A stretch of DNA of 63,273 nt, counting the filler. It is 4 parts of 4 records of this genome, joined end to end, with 100 filler letters (N's around TTAATTAATTAA, not from the genome) between each part and the next. Parts side by side here need not be neighbours in the genome. Positions count along the whole stretch, not along the records: positions 1 to 28,017 come from SRR2962707_3209; positions 28,118 to 38,780 come from SRR2962707_3216; 2 more parts are not named here. One strand, 5' to 3'. Made by a program: the position numbers and the translations under genes. Shown here piece after piece: positions 20,511 through 31,268 of this stretch. The notes below the pieces were generated by a model. The model saw only the letters and a list, made by a program, of their open reading frames with translations. It did no database searches and was not told where the DNA came from. The first letter of the stretch is position 1; each line of letters opens with the position of its first letter.

Positions 20511-20552
20511 AAAAGCGGGGGTGCTTCAGACGATGGTACCGCCGCTTTTTTT
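20511..20552 (+). terminator. Intrinsic terminator after dctM
   Basis: AAAAGCGG...CCGCTTTTTTT. Confidence 0.65.
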
Positions 20553-20614
20553 GTTTCTGCGGCCTTCGCATTATTTAATCAGTTGTTATCCAATCATCAT
20601 AAGCAGGCCTTCGT

Positions 20615-21976
20615 GTGGGACTAAAAATAAAAATCATTCTGCTGGCGGTTGTTCCTCTGGTGGTTTCCACCGTTATTATTATTTATTTGAATCAACAATC
20701 GGCGCGAGATTTAGCCGCCGATGAACTCTCTATTTATGAATTCAATTTAATCCACGCGAAAAAAGAAGCGTTAAAAAGTCATATAGAAATCGCCATGAGC
20801 GCCATTCGTCCAGTATTAGAAGATGAAACGATGGACGATGACGAAGCGCAAGATATAGTGAAATCCATTTTAAATGGATTACGTTATAGCGACGATGGTT
20901 ACTTCTTTGTGTACGACAGTAGTGGTGTGAATCTTGTGCATCCTACCCAGCCGAATTTAGTGGGTGAAAATCTTTGGTTATTTAAAGACACCTCCGGTAA
21001 TTATTTAATTCAGCATTTAATGGCCGTCGCAAAGACGGGCGGAGGGTTTCACCGTTATATTTGGGAGAAGCCGCCATTAATGCAGCAAGAAGAAAAGATT
21101 GGCTACGCGATCATGATCGATCGTTGGCATTGGATGTTGGGCACAGGTTTGTATTTGGGCGACGTTTACCAAGAACTTGCCAAAGCCAAAGCGACAATGA
21201 ATGCCAATATCCGCCGTAGCTTCTTTCTGGTGAGTGTGGTTGCCAGTATCACCCTGGTATTCGTTATCTTGTTAGGGCTGGCGATTAATCTGCATGAGCA
21301 CAAGTTAGCAGACTCTAAACTAAAAGCATTGGTGCAGCGTTTCATGCGTTTACAGGTGTTGGAAAAACGGCGCCTTTCTCGTGAATTGCACGATGGCATT
21401 AATCAGATGTTGGTATCTTGTAAGTTTCGCATCGAGCTGGCCTGTACTAAATTGCAGCGCAACGACGACAAAGACGTGGTGGAAGCGGAATTGATCAAAG
21501 CCGAAGGGCTGATTAACCAAACGATTAGCGACATCCGCCAAGTATCCCATGATTTACGTCCGACCGTTCTTGATGATCTTGGTTTAAACACCGGTCTAAA
21601 AGGCCTGATCGACCAGTTTCAAGAAAGAACCAATATTAAGGTCAAGTACAGCTTTAAAGTGACGGCAGAGCTGCCGGACGAAATTGAAATTACCCTGTAC
21701 CGTTTTGCACAAGAAGCGTTAACCAATATTGAAAAACATTCCCAAGCAAGCAATGTCATATTGCAAGTTTGGCAGTCCCATCGACGGGTGATTTTTGAGT
21801 GTTTGGATGACGGTCGAGGTTGCTCTCATCAATCGACGTTAACGCCCGGGATTGGGCTGATTAATATGAGAGAACGTATTGAGCTCGTTGGTGGCGATTT
21901 TGTCTTTCAATCTCAGAAAGAGAAAGGCACAAAAGTCAGTGCTATCCTGTCGATAGCGTCGCCTATAATCGATTAA
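20615..21976 (+). CDS. Single-Cache sensor histidine kinase (HisKA_3 type)
   Basis: GYFFVYD..GVNLVHP Cache motif; SRELHDGINQ, QEALTNIEKH, DDGRG and GIGLINMRER. Confidence 0.92.
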   Translation: MGLKIKIILLAVVPLVVSTVIIIYLNQQSARDLAADELSIYEFNLIHAKKEALKSHIEIAMSAIRPVLEDETMDDDEAQDIVKSILNGLRYSDDGYFFVYDSSGVNLVHPTQPNLVGENLWLFKDTSGNYLIQHLMAVAKTGGGFHRYIWEKPPLMQQEEKIGYAIMIDRWHWMLGTGLYLGDVYQELAKAKATMNANIRRSFFLVSVVASITLVFVILLGLAINLHEHKLADSKLKALVQRFMRLQVLEKRRLSRELHDGINQMLVSCKFRIELACTKLQRNDDKDVVEAELIKAEGLINQTISDIRQVSHDLRPTVLDDLGLNTGLKGLIDQFQERTNIKVKYSFKVTAELPDEIEITLYRFAQEALTNIEKHSQASNVILQVWQSHRRVIFECLDDGRGCSHQSTLTPGIGLINMRERIELVGGDFVFQSQKEKGTKVSAILSIASPIID

Positions 21977-22000
21977 TATCTAACAAGAAGAGAGAACGGA

Positions 22001-22645
22001 ATGACAACGGAGCCATCGAAAATACGTGTACTTCTGGTGGATGATCACATGTTGGTATTGGATGGCCTTCAAGCACGGTTAGAAATGGAAGCAAACATTG
22101 AAGTGATTGGCACAGCATCAAATGGCCTTGAGGCCTTAGAAAAAGCGCAACAGCTACAACCAGATTTAGTCTTGATGGATGTGTCTATGCCTATTTTAAA
22201 TGGACTAGAAGCCACCAAGCGTTTTCGTAGTGAACAAGCCAACATTAAAATTCTCATGCTCAGTATGCACAATGATAAAGAGTATATTTTGTCGCTGATC
22301 CAATCTGGCGCCAATGGTTATGTGCTTAAAGACGTGTCATCCGAAGAGCTGGTTCAAGCCATTAATATGGTTTATCAAGGTGGAACCTACTTCAGCTCAA
22401 AAGCGTCAGATGCGTTATTTGGACAAGCAGCAAAGACGGCATTGGAAGAAGAGGCGTTATCCCCCAGAGAAAGTGCCGTGCTGGTGGAAGTGGCCAGTGG
22501 CTTTTCTAATAAAGAGATTGCCGTCCGCCTGAATATTAGCGTACGAACGGTGGAAACGCATCGCCAGAACATCAAACGCAAGCTGGACATTCATTCCTCT
22601 GCTGGCTTGGTGAAATACGCTATTGAACATAATTTAATTACTTAA
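22001..22645 (+). CDS. NarL/LuxR family response regulator
   Basis: LVDDH and LMDVSMP receiver motifs; HTH SNKEIA...SVRTVETHR. Confidence 0.94.
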   Translation: MTTEPSKIRVLLVDDHMLVLDGLQARLEMEANIEVIGTASNGLEALEKAQQLQPDLVLMDVSMPILNGLEATKRFRSEQANIKILMLSMHNDKEYILSLIQSGANGYVLKDVSSEELVQAINMVYQGGTYFSSKASDALFGQAAKTALEEEALSPRESAVLVEVASGFSNKEIAVRLNISVRTVETHRQNIKRKLDIHSSAGLVKYAIEHNLIT

Positions 22646-22669
22646 TCTTTGCGGCAACTGACAGAAAAC

Positions 22670-22706
22670 AAAAAAGAGCGACTCTAATCAGAGTCGCTCT
22701 TTTTTT
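22670..22706. terminator. Bidirectional intrinsic terminator
   Basis: AAAAAAGAGCGACTCT-aatc-AGAGTCGCTCTTTTTTT. Confidence 0.9.
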
Positions 22707-22723
22707 GTCGAGATATTGAGTGC

Positions 22724-24370
22724 TTACAGCTTAAATTGCGTCACTAGGCTGTCGAGTTGATTCGACAAGCTTTGTAGGTTGCGACTAGAGGCTGTTAGGG
22801 CGTCAGCTATGTCTGCCGTTTCCGTGGTAAGTTGATTAATCTCTTCGACGTTACGACTCATTTCGGTGACGACGAGAGACTGTTCTTCTGTCGCCGTTGC
22901 GACTTGAATGTTCATGTCACTTATTTTGCTAATGTGGGAGGTGATTTGCACCAGCGCGTTACTCGCATCGCCAGCTTGTGTCACGACATCATGGCTTTGT
23001 TCTTGCCCTATTTTAATCGTCGCTACTGTTTTTGCCGATTGCTCTTGTAGCAGGTTGATCATTTTCTGAATTTCATCAGTCGACTCTGACGAACGGCTAG
23101 CTAGGTTGCGTACTTCATCAGCCACCACGGCAAAGCCTCGACCGTGCTCTCCGGCTCGAGCGGCTTCAATCGCCGCATTCAGGGCTAATAAGTTTGTTTG
23201 CTCGAAAATGCTACGAATGGTGTCCAAAATACTGCCAATGGAATCGGTTTGTGACGCCAGAGAGCCAATGTCGGTACTGATGTGCTCAATTTCACCAGAC
23301 AACAAAACCACACTTTGACGCGCTTTATCGACTAAACCTGCACCACTGTGTGCTTGGCTATCGGCTTCTTGAGCCGCTTTTGCCGCATCGGATGCATTGC
23401 TAGCAATGTTCTCTACCGTGGTGCCCATTTCATGGATGGCCGTCGCAATTTGTGTGGTGCGATCTCGTTCATTTAATGAGTTGTTATGCGTCTCTTGTGC
23501 CTTTTTTGCGACATCATTGGCGGTGTGAGCAAGTTGTTTGGAGTTTTCAGCCACCGCTTCAATGGCGGCGCGGATTTTCTCCGAGAACACGTTAAAGTGT
23601 TGACCAATATTGGCGAGTTCATCATCGCCTTTAAGCTCCACTCTTGAGCCCAGATCAAGGTTATCACTGGCTTGCGTGATGTGTTGCTGCAAGTGGCTGA
23701 CACGCTTATTTAAACGACGCAGAATTAATAGCGCCAGTAATACTGAGGTAATGAGAGCGATGGCGGTTAACGCAACCATTTCATTGAGCGTTTTGCTGTG
23801 ATTGCTTGAGCTTGCTAGGTAGCTGTTGTGACTTTGGGCAAGAAGCTCATCAAGGATCTCATTAACGGCTTTTCGCATCACGCTGTAGCTGTTGGCATAT
23901 TGCGTGCGGTAGAGGGTTTTTGCTGTCGCCAGATCACCGCTTTCCATTGCGGCAAGCATGGGGGTTAGTTCATCACTTTTTACCTTTGAAAAGACATTGA
24001 TGAGCGCTTGAACCTTGGTTCGTATGTGAGGATTTACTTGCGCATCGAGGGCATTTTTGAGCGCTTCATCCATCTCAGGAATGTCTTCTGTACGTGTTTC
24101 TTGTACGCGGGTTAGTACTCCTTTCGTGTCTCTCATGGACGAAATTTCTTGCAAAAGAATCACATCAATACCCACCCGCATACGTGGAATGCGAGAGGCC
24201 ACTTCGGCTAATGAGCGCATTGGAATATTTGTATTGTCTGCTAACTCCTCTGCCTGATTTTGCATGTTTGATAGGCCATTTAGGCCAAACAAACTTACTA
24301 GTAATAAGGCAATGCAGGGAATGGTGATAATAGAGATGAATTGCGTTTTAAGAGTCATTTTAGTGAACAC
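22724..24370 (-). CDS. Methyl-accepting chemotaxis protein (four-helix sensor, HAMP)
   Basis: [32 protein letters not shown]; two TMs; GTG start. Confidence 0.93.
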   Translation of the reverse strand: MFTKMTLKTQFISIITIPCIALLLVSLFGLNGLSNMQNQAEELADNTNIPMRSLAEVASRIPRMRVGIDVILLQEISSMRDTKGVLTRVQETRTEDIPEMDEALKNALDAQVNPHIRTKVQALINVFSKVKSDELTPMLAAMESGDLATAKTLYRTQYANSYSVMRKAVNEILDELLAQSHNSYLASSSNHSKTLNEMVALTAIALITSVLLALLILRRLNKRVSHLQQHITQASDNLDLGSRVELKGDDELANIGQHFNVFSEKIRAAIEAVAENSKQLAHTANDVAKKAQETHNNSLNERDRTTQIATAIHEMGTTVENIASNASDAAKAAQEADSQAHSGAGLVDKARQSVVLLSGEIEHISTDIGSLASQTDSIGSILDTIRSIFEQTNLLALNAAIEAARAGEHGRGFAVVADEVRNLASRSSESTDEIQKMINLLQEQSAKTVATIKIGQEQSHDVVTQAGDASNALVQITSHISKISDMNIQVATATEEQSLVVTEMSRNVEEINQLTTETADIADALTASSRNLQSLSNQLDSLVTQFKL

Positions 24371-24582
24371 TGTATCTTCCTGATATCGTGATAGGTAAAT
24401 GAAGTTAAATCTATGTTGAATGTGCGCTTGAGGCGGTTTTAACCTTTATCAGCAATGCGTTTTAAGAATTACGAAAATTAACAAACTTCTGCATTACTTG
24501 ATCGATCGAGAGAATATGGTGTTAATAAGGATTTAACAAGTGAAAAATAAACATGATCTAGCGCGATAAATAGCGGCGTGGT

Positions 24583-24822
24583 TTAGCGCGCTTTACAGGG
24601 AGAGAGAACACGCTTTGTCGAAGGAGGGTGACGCTCAAGCTTGTTGCTAGGACGAATAGGGCGTGGGACAAAGTTACCGCCACAATTTGGGCAAATATTA
24701 TTCAGTAGCGTGCTCACGCAAGTAGAACAGAAGGTGCATTCAAACGAACAGATCATGGCGTCGTTAGACGACGCGGGAAGGTCTTTGTCGCAGCATTCGC
24801 AATTGGGTCTAAGGTCGAGCAT
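24583..24822 (-). CDS. DUF1272 family Cys-rich protein
   Basis: MLDLRPNCECCDKDL...ICSFECTFC..C...CPNCGG..VPRP. Confidence 0.88.
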   Translation of the reverse strand: MLDLRPNCECCDKDLPASSNDAMICSFECTFCSTCVSTLLNNICPNCGGNFVPRPIRPSNKLERHPPSTKRVLSPCKAR

Positions 24823-25025
24823 TTACACTCCGAGCAGTCTGATCTAAACAGACTTCAGTAGACCATGGCGTTTAGTTGCAAAGCAATACACCTTTTGAGT
24901 GATGACTTATATTGTCTGAAGTGTTCGCAAATATCGCTATCGTTTACTAAGTTTGAACAGGACAAATCATTTGTCGACATCCACTAGGAATAGATAGCCA
25001 TCATGACGGCATAGGAGTAACAGGA

Positions 25026-26327
25026 ATGTTATTTGGCACTCGGAAAAAAGAGACATCAGCAGAGCAGTCAATTATGGCGAGCCGCACGGAGCAGGTGCAA
25101 GATGAGTTGAACGCGATTAAAACGAATACGGCTTATATTAGTTTCACGGCCGATGGCATAGTGATCGACGCTAATACTATTTTCTTGGATGTAATGGGGT
25201 TTTCACTAGAGGAAATTGTTGGCCAGCATCATAGAATGTTTTGTGAGTCAGAATACGCTAAATCCTCCGAATATAAGATTTTCTGGGAGGATCTAAAGTC
25301 GGGGAAATCATTTAACGGCAATTTCTTACGCTTTAAAAAAAGCAAAGAGCCCGTTTACCTTGAAGCCAGTTATTTCCCTGTTATTGGTCAGGATGGTCAG
25401 GTTTCAAAGGTCATCAAAATGGCAAATGACGTGACCGAAATGCAAGACTCTCTTAAAAATAAGCATGCGATTTTAAATGCCCTAGACCGTTCTTTAGCCG
25501 TGATTGAGTTTGATCCAGATGGCAATATCTTAACGGCAAATCGTAACTTCTTACACGCCATGTTTTACGAATTAGACAAGATTCAAGGCAAGCATCATAA
25601 GATGTTTTGTGACGAGAGTTTTTATCGAGACAATCCGAATTTTTGGCAGCAACTTGCCAGTGGTCAGCACTTTTCAGGTCGCTTTAAGCGCTTTGATGGG
25701 AATGGCAAACTGATTTGGTTAGAAGCCACTTATAACCCTATTTTCGACGAGAAAGGGCAAGTTTACAAAGTGATCAAATTTGCCTCTGACATTACCGCAC
25801 GAGTGACCATGGCGCTGAATGCCATTGATTTGGCGGCAGCCACCTCCGAGCAAACCAGCCAAGTGGCGACGAATGCGGTAAAAGTACTGAACGAGTCGGT
25901 GAAAACGTCGAGCGATATCGCTGACAAGGTCTCCAGTGCATCAAGTACAGGAGAAGAGCTAAAGGCGCAATCAAAAAGCATCGCTGACATAGTGGTCACC
26001 ATTCGCTCGATTGCAGATCAAACCAATTTACTGGCCTTGAATGCAGCGATTGAAGCCGCCCGAGCCGGGGAAGCGGGGCGCGGTTTTTCGGTGGTTGCTG
26101 ACGAGGTTCGACATCTGGCCAGTAACACGTCTGAAGCCACGGCGGAAATTGCGAAAGTGGTGGAACGTAATCATGAGCTGATTAATGTAATGGATCAAAT
26201 ATTAGGCTCTGTTTCTGGCATTGCATTACATGGCAAAGAAAGCATCACAGACGTTTCGAGAGGGTTGGACGAGATCACGCAAGGCGTACAACGCTTTGTC
26301 GAAATGGTCGACAAAATGAAGCCTTAA
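25026..26327 (+). CDS. Cytoplasmic double-PAS chemoreceptor (BdlA-like)
   Basis: Two PAS/PAC repeats ([25 protein letters not shown]), a short MCP domain and no TM. Confidence 0.9.
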   Translation: MLFGTRKKETSAEQSIMASRTEQVQDELNAIKTNTAYISFTADGIVIDANTIFLDVMGFSLEEIVGQHHRMFCESEYAKSSEYKIFWEDLKSGKSFNGNFLRFKKSKEPVYLEASYFPVIGQDGQVSKVIKMANDVTEMQDSLKNKHAILNALDRSLAVIEFDPDGNILTANRNFLHAMFYELDKIQGKHHKMFCDESFYRDNPNFWQQLASGQHFSGRFKRFDGNGKLIWLEATYNPIFDEKGQVYKVIKFASDITARVTMALNAIDLAAATSEQTSQVATNAVKVLNESVKTSSDIADKVSSASSTGEELKAQSKSIADIVVTIRSIADQTNLLALNAAIEAARAGEAGRGFSVVADEVRHLASNTSEATAEIAKVVERNHELINVMDQILGSVSGIALHGKESITDVSRGLDEITQGVQRFVEMVDKMKP

Positions 26328-26353
26328 TCAGAAAAACCACCTCTATTACCTTG

Positions 26354-26383
26354 ATAAAAGCGGCGTAAATAAGCCGCTTTTAT
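26354..26383 (+). terminator. Terminator hairpin
   Basis: ATAAAAGCGGC...GCCGCTTTTAT. Confidence 0.75.
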
Positions 26384-26631
26384 ATTAAGTGACGAAAAAT
26401 CATCAGCTTGATCCTAATACTCGCGCCCAAGTTCTTGATCATGGCTTGCCGAAAAGTGAATTAATACTTATTTCTATGTGTTTTGAAGGCGGGTATTATT
26501 TGTCACATAGTGCATTCGACATTGCTATTAATGTATTAGGCTCGCGGTTGGGCATTAATGCCTTCGCTTTAGCCATCACCTTTTTTTGATGTCACGCCCT
26601 TTTCCCCTACTCGTTTTCATTAAGGCACCTT

Positions 26632-27960
26632 ATGTTTCACCATCAGGATGGTTCCGCGTTTTCATTGCACAAGCTCTCAGGGTACGGTGTCGCGCTTGGT
26701 TGTGGTTTGTTTTTATTGTCTATTATTCCGGGTGTGGGCTGGGCTTATGCGCTGTCTGCCCTCTGTTATTGGACCGTGTTTATCATGGCTTGGCCGCGGT
26801 TAAATGCACGCAATAAAAAGCAAATTCGTTTGTTGCTTGGCGTGGCTATTATTGCCTTACTGACGGCGTATTTTAACGGCGTCAGTTTGAATTTTTTCAG
26901 CTTGATAGAAGGCAACTTGGGGATTGTAGCAATGCTATCCGCAGTGTCTGTATTGGGGTTGCTACCTGATCCCGTTAAGCAAAAAGCGCCGATTCTTGGT
27001 GCGAAAGGCGTGGTTAGCACTTGGGCTAGTGTTCATTTATTAGGTGCTGTGATTAATATGTCGTCGGTGTTTTTAGTTGGTGATAAGTTGCAACGAAACA
27101 CGGGGTCCTTATCGAAAGCACAATACTCAATTTTGGTTCGAGCGCTGACCAGTGCAGGGTTTTGGTCGCCTTTTTTTGCTTCGATGGCGGTTGCCTTGTC
27201 GATTGCGCCGCATGCGGAGTTCCATCAACTGGCCATAATAGGGGTGCCAATGGCCATGCTTTCTTGTCTGATTTCGCTGTGGGAGTTCAATAAAAGAGGC
27301 ACTCTTGCCTCATTTTCAGGGTTTCCTCTGGCTTTCCATTCGCTGGTTTTTCCCCTTAGCTTGGCCGCATCTGTACTGGTGTTCCATTATTTTATTATGC
27401 CGGACTTGCCGATTTTATCGATTGTGACTTTGTTGAGCCCAGTCTCTGTGATTGTGCTTTTGGTACTGAAGAGCGGCGCCCGATACACTAAGCAGCGGCT
27501 TACGGACCATGCGCATATCCGCCTGCCGAATATGGCCAATGAAGTGTCACTTTTTTTGTCAGCAGGATTGCTCACTAAGGCCGTCAGTTTGGCCTTGGCT
27601 GGCGTATTAGGGGCGAATTGGTCTTTGTTTGATACGTTTGGTTTTGTTGAGGCTTTTTCTTGTTTTGTGGGCATTTGTGCGATTGCCTTACTGGGCTTAC
27701 ACCCGATTGTGGGCATTTCATTAATGAGTTCTTTAGTGCCGGCTTATGGTGTAGATAACACCTTATTGGCCTTTGTCTGTCTTTGTTCTTGGGGCGTAGG
27801 AACGGCAATCAGTCCGCTATCTGGTATTAACTTATCGGTGGCAGGAAAATACGCCGTGGATAACTTTCAATTAGCACGGTCGAATTTATTGTATGGTGTA
27901 CTGATGTCGTTGGTTGTTGCTATTGCGACGTACATGCTTGCTTGGGTAGTTGGCGCTTAG
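26632..27960 (+). CDS. Polytopic membrane protein, probable transporter of unknown substrate
   Basis: Many hydrophobic segments; HLLGAVINMS and FWSPFFASM motifs. Confidence 0.75.
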   Translation: MFHHQDGSAFSLHKLSGYGVALGCGLFLLSIIPGVGWAYALSALCYWTVFIMAWPRLNARNKKQIRLLLGVAIIALLTAYFNGVSLNFFSLIEGNLGIVAMLSAVSVLGLLPDPVKQKAPILGAKGVVSTWASVHLLGAVINMSSVFLVGDKLQRNTGSLSKAQYSILVRALTSAGFWSPFFASMAVALSIAPHAEFHQLAIIGVPMAMLSCLISLWEFNKRGTLASFSGFPLAFHSLVFPLSLAASVLVFHYFIMPDLPILSIVTLLSPVSVIVLLVLKSGARYTKQRLTDHAHIRLPNMANEVSLFLSAGLLTKAVSLALAGVLGANWSLFDTFGFVEAFSCFVGICAIALLGLHPIVGISLMSSLVPAYGVDNTLLAFVCLCSWGVGTAISPLSGINLSVAGKYAVDNFQLARSNLLYGVLMSLVVAIATYMLAWVVGA

Positions 27961-27989
27961 CCAAGCGTGATCGGCGAGTTATTCGATAA

Positions 27990-28017
27990 AAAATACCCAC
28001 GTCGACGTGGGTATTTT
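27990..28017. terminator. 28-bp perfect palindrome / terminator at the contig end
   Basis: AAAATACCCACGTC|GACGTGGGTATTTT. Confidence 0.6.
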
Positions 28018-28117
28018 NNNNNNNNNNNNNNNNNNNNNNNNNNNNNNNNNNNNNNNNNNNNTTAATTAATTAANNNNNNNNNNNNNNNNNNNNNNNNNNN
28101 NNNNNNNNNNNNNNNNN
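28018..28117. other. Artificial contig spacer
   Basis: N-run with TTAATTAATTAA (stops in all six frames) at 28062-28073. Confidence 0.98.
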
Positions 28118-28187
28118 ATCTGTTCCAAACCCTTGATGACGGACAGCTGTATAAGGTAACTTAAATAACTATACGTATATAAACATA

Positions 28188-28463
28188 AGTTAGCTCAATA
28201 GCTAACTGCAAGCTAACTTAAATATTATATATAATCTATTAGTAAGCTAACTTGTAGCTAACTAGAAGCTATCTGTATCGCTATAAGTATATAGCTCTTA
28301 GTAAGAATTAGACAGATACATGAGATTTCAAATACCAATCTATATATCTCAGTTTCAAAGCTTGATCCTTTATCACATAAGCTAACTGTAAGCTATCTTG
28401 TAGCTAACTAGGAGCTATCTCTATCACTATAAGTATATAGCTCTTAGTAAGGATTAGACAGAT
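28188..28463. repeat. AT-rich array of AGCTA(A/T)CT units at 11-bp period, within and beside a 76-bp direct repeat
   Basis: Units at 28200, 28211, 28245, 28256, 28267, 28380, 28391, 28402 and 28413, plus an inverted unit at 28188. 28242-28317 matches 28388-28463 at 71/76 positions. Confidence 0.9.
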
Positions 28464-28909
28464 GCAAGGCAATTCGGATTTTTGCCTGTATTCCTAATAG
28501 GCGGGCAATCAAAAGAGCGAATGATTAAGCAAAGCACCCCTGTTCTGCGCTACCGACATTACCAACAATTCACACCTTGATTTCAAACCAAAAAGAACAC
28601 CGGCTAATATACGACAAGGCGTACGGGGAGACCTTGCCGCTAACTATCATTAGATACACCCACGCAAAATTTCACAATTTTCATATCCGCAAAGAATCTA
28701 AATAAGCCCCGACTGGCGAGATGAATGCAGGCGACAAGCTACATCTAAAATTAGCTAATCGACGTCTTCGCATTAATTTTCTTTAAACCATAAAGCGCTT
28801 TTGCACTGAATTTTGAGCGAAAATTTCGCCGATTATCGAAACTAGCCCAACCACTTAATCGCGAATTAACTCGCGATGTTTCACGCTAATTGCAACAAAA
28901 TGGTGGAAC

Positions 28910-31009
28910 ATGCAAAACTTATTCAATTGTGTAATTTATCTTCACGACCCAATCTTATTGATCTGCGCGGTGCTCACGCTCGTTGTTGGCTCCCTTGTCA
29001 CTATGCGGCTGTTCACTCGCGCTCGGGAAACAAATAAGCAAATCCAAATGCTCTGGCTGATACTCGCTGGCATGATCGGCGGCGGCACTATTTGGAGCAC
29101 CCACTTTGTCTCCATGTTGGCCTATAAAAGCGATATCATTCTGGGATATGAGCTGACGCTAACAATAGCCTCTTTGGTCCTCGTTATTTGTACAACCATG
29201 CTAGGCTTTGCAATCGCGATATACAAATCAGAATCCATTCTAATAGAAACTGGCGGGTTGGTTCTTGGCGTCGGTATCAGCCTCATGCATTATACGGGCA
29301 TGGCGGCGATGAAAATCCAAGGTGCCGTTCACTGGGACATCGCAACGATCATTGCCTCTGTTGCATTTGGCGCGGCTATTGGCGCTGTATGCGTATCAAT
29401 AACCGCCCGTAAGCTCACCAACTACTACAACTATTTTGGTGCAGTGGTATTTATTGCAGCCGTTGCATTAATGCACTTTACAAGTATGAGCGGTCTAACG
29501 TTGGTACCAGCGCAGATAAATATCGAAGCTGTGAAACTAATATCTAACGTCGCACTTGGTGCTGGTATCGTTGTGCTCATGGGATGCCTTTATCTTACAA
29601 CATTCATCACGAGCATGATCGATGTCAAGAATGAAGACCAGTCGTCTGAACATTATAAGTATCTAGCATTGCATGATCAGCTTACTGGAATTCCCAATCG
29701 TCATGGCTGCGAACAACACCTAAAAGACTTGATATCGTTACCAATGGAAGACTGCACAGGCATCGCAGTTGTTGGCATCGACCTTGATAACTTTAAACGC
29801 GTCAATGATGTACATGGGCACGCTGCAGGAGATCATCTTCTAAAAAGCATGAGCCTTCAGATTTCAAAAATACTGGGCGATGGAGAAATGATCGGACGCT
29901 TCGGCGGTGATGAATTCGTAGCAATCAAAACAGGCATTCGAGGCAATGATGATGCTGCTGAATTTGCCGAGCGTATTCTAAAGGCAATACGCCAACCTGT
30001 GATGTGGAATGACGCAGACATATCAACGAAGGCCAGCATCGGATTTTCTATGTTTCCTTGGGATAGCGTAAATCCAATAGCGCTCATGGAGTGTGCTGAC
30101 GTGGCGATGTACAGCGCAAAAAGCAACGGTAAGGACTGTGTCGTTGGCTACAATAAGGCACTGGACACAGCAAATAAGGAGCGCACAACGCTTGCAATGT
30201 CGCTTGCAGCCGCAATTGACACTAATGAGTTGACTGTACACTACCAGTTACAAAACGACGCGCAAACGCGGAAAATTACAGGAGTAGAAGCGCTTCTTCG
30301 CTGGAACAACGCGACACGAGGTAACATACCCCCTGATGTGTTCATCCCAATTGCCGAAGAAACTGGCTTTATCATTGAGCTAGGCGCATGGGTATTGCGT
30401 GAAGCGTGTACTCAGGCCGCCCAATGGACGGTTCCCGTAAAGGTCGCGGTCAACGTAGCGGCTAAACAGCTTGCGGACGTGCATTTTGCGGACCAAGTTA
30501 AAAAGGTTTTAGAAGACACAGGGCTTGATCCTTCACGCCTTGAACTCGAAGTCACAGAGAGCGGACTTATAGGCGATGCATCACAAGCGCTTAAGGTAAT
30601 CCGCAAACTTAAAGAACTGGGTGTGCAAATCGCCATGGATGACTACGGCACAGGATACTCAACACTGGCGACGCTCCATAATTTTCCGTTCGACAAGATC
30701 AAGATTGACCGTGCCTTTATCAAAGACATTGATACGAATGCGCATTCCGCGGCAATCTTAAAGTCTACGATGATCTTGGGCAACAGCTTGAAAATACCAG
30801 TACTGGCAGAAGGCGTAGAAACAGAAGCTCATTTACATGTACTAAGCAACGAAGGCTGTCAGCAAGTACAGGGATTCCTGTTTGGAAAACCAATGCCTAA
30901 CAACGCGCTGGTTGATTTACTGGCATCACAAATAAATGCCGGTCTATGGGACGAGCAAAACCCACAAGAGCAAAATACGAACGTGGTAATAATGAGGGTT
31001 ATTGCGTAG
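28910..31009 (+). CDS. MHYT-GGDEF-EAL c-di-GMP signalling protein
   Basis: WSTHF / MHYT / MHFT membrane motifs, HDQLTG, RFGGDEF, GVEALLRW and DDYGTGYS. Confidence 0.93.
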   Translation: MQNLFNCVIYLHDPILLICAVLTLVVGSLVTMRLFTRARETNKQIQMLWLILAGMIGGGTIWSTHFVSMLAYKSDIILGYELTLTIASLVLVICTTMLGFAIAIYKSESILIETGGLVLGVGISLMHYTGMAAMKIQGAVHWDIATIIASVAFGAAIGAVCVSITARKLTNYYNYFGAVVFIAAVALMHFTSMSGLTLVPAQINIEAVKLISNVALGAGIVVLMGCLYLTTFITSMIDVKNEDQSSEHYKYLALHDQLTGIPNRHGCEQHLKDLISLPMEDCTGIAVVGIDLDNFKRVNDVHGHAAGDHLLKSMSLQISKILGDGEMIGRFGGDEFVAIKTGIRGNDDAAEFAERILKAIRQPVMWNDADISTKASIGFSMFPWDSVNPIALMECADVAMYSAKSNGKDCVVGYNKALDTANKERTTLAMSLAAAIDTNELTVHYQLQNDAQTRKITGVEALLRWNNATRGNIPPDVFIPIAEETGFIIELGAWVLREACTQAAQWTVPVKVAVNVAAKQLADVHFADQVKKVLEDTGLDPSRLELEVTESGLIGDASQALKVIRKLKELGVQIAMDDYGTGYSTLATLHNFPFDKIKIDRAFIKDIDTNAHSAAILKSTMILGNSLKIPVLAEGVETEAHLHVLSNEGCQQVQGFLFGKPMPNNALVDLLASQINAGLWDEQNPQEQNTNVVIMRVIA

Positions 31010-31268
31010 AAGCTATAGGCTCTGATGATCAATACATTCCACCGCTTAGAGTAATAGCACCGACAAAGCGCAGGCTATAAAAGTCGTTCACTACGCACGC
31101 CCTTAAATTTTGAGGTGTGCGGGTAACGCTTGCAACCAATGATCATTAGAAATCATGATAGAATAATTTTGAGCCTACATATCTACAAGTACGGAACTGA
31201 TGCCAGCGGGCGCTACGGTTCTATCCTTTCCGTTAGCACTTGCTCCAATACTAAGTTTACGGCTACAG

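Noticed and set aside
24954-24980. Sigma28 promoter for the PAS chemoreceptor (TGAA-N15-GTCGACAT)
   Set aside because: Too many mismatches to TAAA-N15-GCCGATAA to support.
27990-28017. Loopless 28-bp palindrome as a special recombination or telomere site
   Set aside because: Its position after a stop codon with A/T tails fits an ordinary terminator. It could also be an assembly artefact at the contig end.
28062-28073. TTAATTAATTAA as a biological motif (also at 38825 and 56074)
   Set aside because: It is identical each time and centred in N-runs, so it is a contig-joining linker.
28188-28463. CRISPR array
   Set aside because: There are no constant repeats with unique, equal-length spacers, and no cas genes.
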